Shown here: piece by piece, positions 61,216-64,000 of the stretch
How the letters are laid out: every line of letters begins with the position of its first letter
Numbering within the stretch: position 1 is the first letter of the stretch
From: Takakia lepidozioides
Lineage: Eukaryota; Plantae; Bryophyta
Assembly: GCA_030704615.1 (NCBI GenBank)
Contig: CM060731.1
Location: 64,914,001 to 64,978,000 of the forward strand
Direction: 5' to 3'
DNA: 64,000 nt
Program-made: the position numbers and the translations under genes
The notes under the pieces: model-generated
What the model was told of the DNA's origin: nothing
The model's input: the letters and a program-made list of their open reading frames with translations, nothing else
Database searches by the model: none

Positions 61216-61794
61216 CATTCATTTATAGTTTGAATCTAGATATATCTCTAGAGTAAATATATTTAATATTATATATTGGATTTATATGATATTTAAGTAA
61301 TTCAAAATTGAACATGAAAATTATAAAAAATACTGAAACATTCAGAATTAATTATAATTATTTAAAAATAAAAATATCTGATACAAAATAATTCTTTAAA
61401 ATGTCTATAGATGTTGCCATAATGTGCTAGCGTACTAATTGTCCTTGTGTTTGTGTTTATTTTTAAGCCATAGATATTCTATCATAACTGAAATTTATCA
61501 TAAGGAAGGCGGAGAAGATAATACGACACACAACTCGTAGTACCTTGGCAATTTCGACACAAATTTTAATATTTCAAAGATTGTTGAAAATTTTGGAAAT
61601 TGATTTTGTGAAATTAAACAACTTTGTGAATGATAATAAAGTATCTTGGGAATATTCCTTACATCGAATTGAAATTCTCAAAATAAAATAAATATTCGAC
61701 ATATATATATATATATAGAAAGGGGACATATGATTCGACATATGATTGTTGATCTCAAGGGAAGGGGGGAGATGAACATAGCACACCCCCTCAG

Positions 61795-61861
61795 GTAGCA
61801 GGATTTGACCCCAGAATTATCTGAGTGGCAATTACTATCCAACTGAGCTAATGACTGTTGG
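61795..61861 (-). mobile_element. tRNA-like SINE head fragment
   Basis: Reverse complement: CCAACAGTCATTAGCTCAGTTGG..TGCCA..GGGGTCAAATCCTGCTAC. Confidence 0.75.
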
Positions 61862-62289
61862 TTCGTTTTGAGAAAACAGAAAAGAAAAGAAAGACATGGT
61901 TTCCAACTTACCTATTTACTAATTCATCTGTAAAAATTTAAAATAAACAAATAATGATATTGACCTCATCTCGCTCAATTGGATAGAGTTATTAAGTTTT
62001 GGAAGTGATATGGCCCACTAATTGATCTTTAAAAATAAAACAAGCCGCAAACCGCGAGAGGCTCTGTCCATTGAATCAACAATTTTGACAAGCTGCCACG
62101 TGGTTTATACTTAAGAGCTTTTCTAGACCAATCATACTCTTGACACGCTGTAAGGTCTGTTGTTTGACTTCAACATGATTCAAAGCCTCTGCCAATAAAA
62201 AATAAAAAATAAAAAATGATATTGACCTCGTCTTTTATTTTGGCAGTGATATGGCAGTGATATGGTCCTCGTGAGTCAATCATCTCCAA

Positions 62290-62680
62290 CCCCATCTAGG
62301 TGATGCTGGGTTCAAATCCTGCTACGTACCTGTATCTGGTGTTATCTTCATCCCCTTCCCTTGGGTGAGCATGGCAAGGTTACTTTGAAAGAGGTTAGTT
62401 TCTCCTCTTATTGCACCTTAGAAGGGGCCAAAGTTAAGAAAAAAGAAAAAGAAAAGAAAAAGGGAGGGACACAATTTAAAAACAAGACAAGACAAGTCGG
62501 TAGCCTGGTGCCACCCAGGTCACTCCGGGTTCAAATCCTGCTACCTTGTCACTTGAGCCTATGGTCGTTCTGGTTATTTTTACGCTCCCCTCTTCTATTC
62601 AGTTTGATCAACGGGCCTGTCCCTTTCTAAGAAAAAAGAAAAAAGAAAAAAGTGGTTATTTTCTCCTCTCACTGTAATTA
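62290..62680 (+). mobile_element. Two further degenerate SINE fragments
   Basis: GGGTTCAAATCCTGCTAC B boxes near 62308 and 62527, tail motifs and A-rich tracts. Confidence 0.6.
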
Positions 62681-62689
62681 AGAAAATAA

Positions 62690-62936
62690 CCAACAGTCAG
62701 TAGCTCAGTTGGTAAAGTGCATTGAGTGCCATCCGGATGACCTTGGGGTCAAATCCTGCTACTTGACGGGTGTGGTACACTCTTCTCCCCCTTCCCTGCG
62801 CAGTGTCGCATTGGAAAGCTATACGGCGAGGTTACTGAGAGGTTATTTTCTCCTCTCTCTATCAAGGGGCCTGATTTGTGAGCTGTCGCTCCCAGGTGTT
62901 TCCCTTTAAAATTTATAAAAAAAAAAGAAAAAAAAA
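62690..62936 (+). mobile_element. Full-length tRNA-derived SINE (tRNA-Gly(GCC)-like head)
   Basis: A box TAGCTCAGTTGG, T-GCC-A anticodon-like loop, B box GGGGTCAAATCC, family tail, poly(A). Confidence 0.85.
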
Positions 62937-63199
62937 GCAACTCTGTTCTCTGTTCCCGATTTTTTAAATAAATAAATAAAATTAAGGGATATTTTCCTAT
63001 AAAATAAAAGAGAAAATTCACCCTTTTCCAGTCTTCAGGAGCATCTGCAAAAAGCTGCCAAAAACTACTTTTCATGGACATATATCCTCCCCACCACTTT
63101 ACATATATATATATATATATCCCAAACTAAGATTCTGGATGAACTTAAATGAATAAATAAATAAATAAACCCACCCTGGAGTTGATGAGCAGGACAGTT

Positions 63200-64000
63200 G
63201 GCAGGCTTTGCAGGGCACACACACCCATCTCTGCCACCTACCCCGAACTTTTCGTCTGCCCCTGCCCGCTAACAAGTGTCATAGGCCCCAAAAGTTCGGG
63301 CGCTGCCCAACTCACACGACCGCCACGTACGCTACTAAAAAATATCAAACGTGCGAAGCGGCCATGTCGCAGCGAAATATAAGATTATTCGTAATAATAG
63401 TACTCAGACCGGACGGAAAGTTTTCCCGCGGAAGAGCACGTGTTGGGGCCATACTGCCCGCTGCCCGCCTGCCACGCTGCGCGAGGCTCCCGCCCTTGGG
63501 TCGCTGCCTGTCTGTCTGTCTGTCTGTCTCGCTCGCTCGCTCGCTCCCTGTCTGTGCGCAGCGCAGGTTTGGTTTTGTTGTGTTGCGACCACGGCGCAGC
63601 GACGATGGTGCGCGCGATGATGCTGTGGAGGCCGCAGTGCAGGCCTCGGATGCTTGGCTTTGGGCTGTTGGCGTCTGGAAGCTGTGGGATAAAGCTGCGG
63701 GTGGTTTTGTGGAAGTAATTGGAGAGAGGTTGTGAGAGGTGCGAGAGGGACGTAAAGGACGATGTGCGGGCGAGAGCGGGAGAGGTAGGAGGGGTGTATT
63801 CGAGGGAGGGAGGGAGGGAGGGAGGGAGTGCGGGGTTTGCAGTTCGTAGAGGTGAATGCATCCCTGTTGCGGTAATTCATTTCAAGCTCATGGTGGAGGT
63901 CGAGCATGCGAGAGTCGGGCGGGCGGTTACTATTCAGCTCGACTTCGCAGCATTGCCAGAAAATAGTTTCTAAGTATGTGTAGAATTGTGATGGGCTTGT
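63200..64000 (+). promoter_or_regulatory. Probable promoter/5' region of a gene continuing past the right edge
   Basis: GC/CpG-rich, site-II-like GGCCC motifs, (CTGT)n/(CGCT)n and (GGGA)n tracts. No recognisable protein. Confidence 0.4.

Noticed and set aside
62696-62770. tRNA-Gly gene
   Set aside because: Acceptor and anticodon stems do not pair well, and the sequence continues into a SINE tail and poly(A).

Overview
Eukaryotic nuclear DNA, probably from an early-diverging land plant (inferred from moss/lycophyte-type PLS-PPR genes, tRNA-derived SINEs and GT-AG introns). Host genes: multi-exon proteasome activator PA200 (minus strand, runs off the left edge), head-to-head with a 5-exon NOL7/NUC129-like gene; a PLS-class PPR gene with a decayed DYW domain; two PPR pseudogenes; and an FKBP53-like gene whose first intron holds two tandem box C/D snoRNAs aimed at 18S rRNA. 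Positions 24.4-46 kb are a nest of transposons (L1-like LINE, hAT-like elements, five Helitron-like copies window-wide, SINEs). The standout is a 9.46-kb Ty3/Gypsy-type element (28312-37774, 4-bp TSD TCTT). Instead of two matching LTRs it has split direct repeats, A1-[gag-pol]-B1-GC-A2-B2, with a palindromic abutted-end junction GACA-GC-TGTC and no tRNA primer-binding site. That layout is known from tyrosine-recombinase (PAT/Ngaro) elements, yet this element encodes a DDE integrase. It also carries a remnant C5 cytosine methyltransferase between protease and RT, a PHD finger on the integrase, and a 9-unit hairpin array in its leader.
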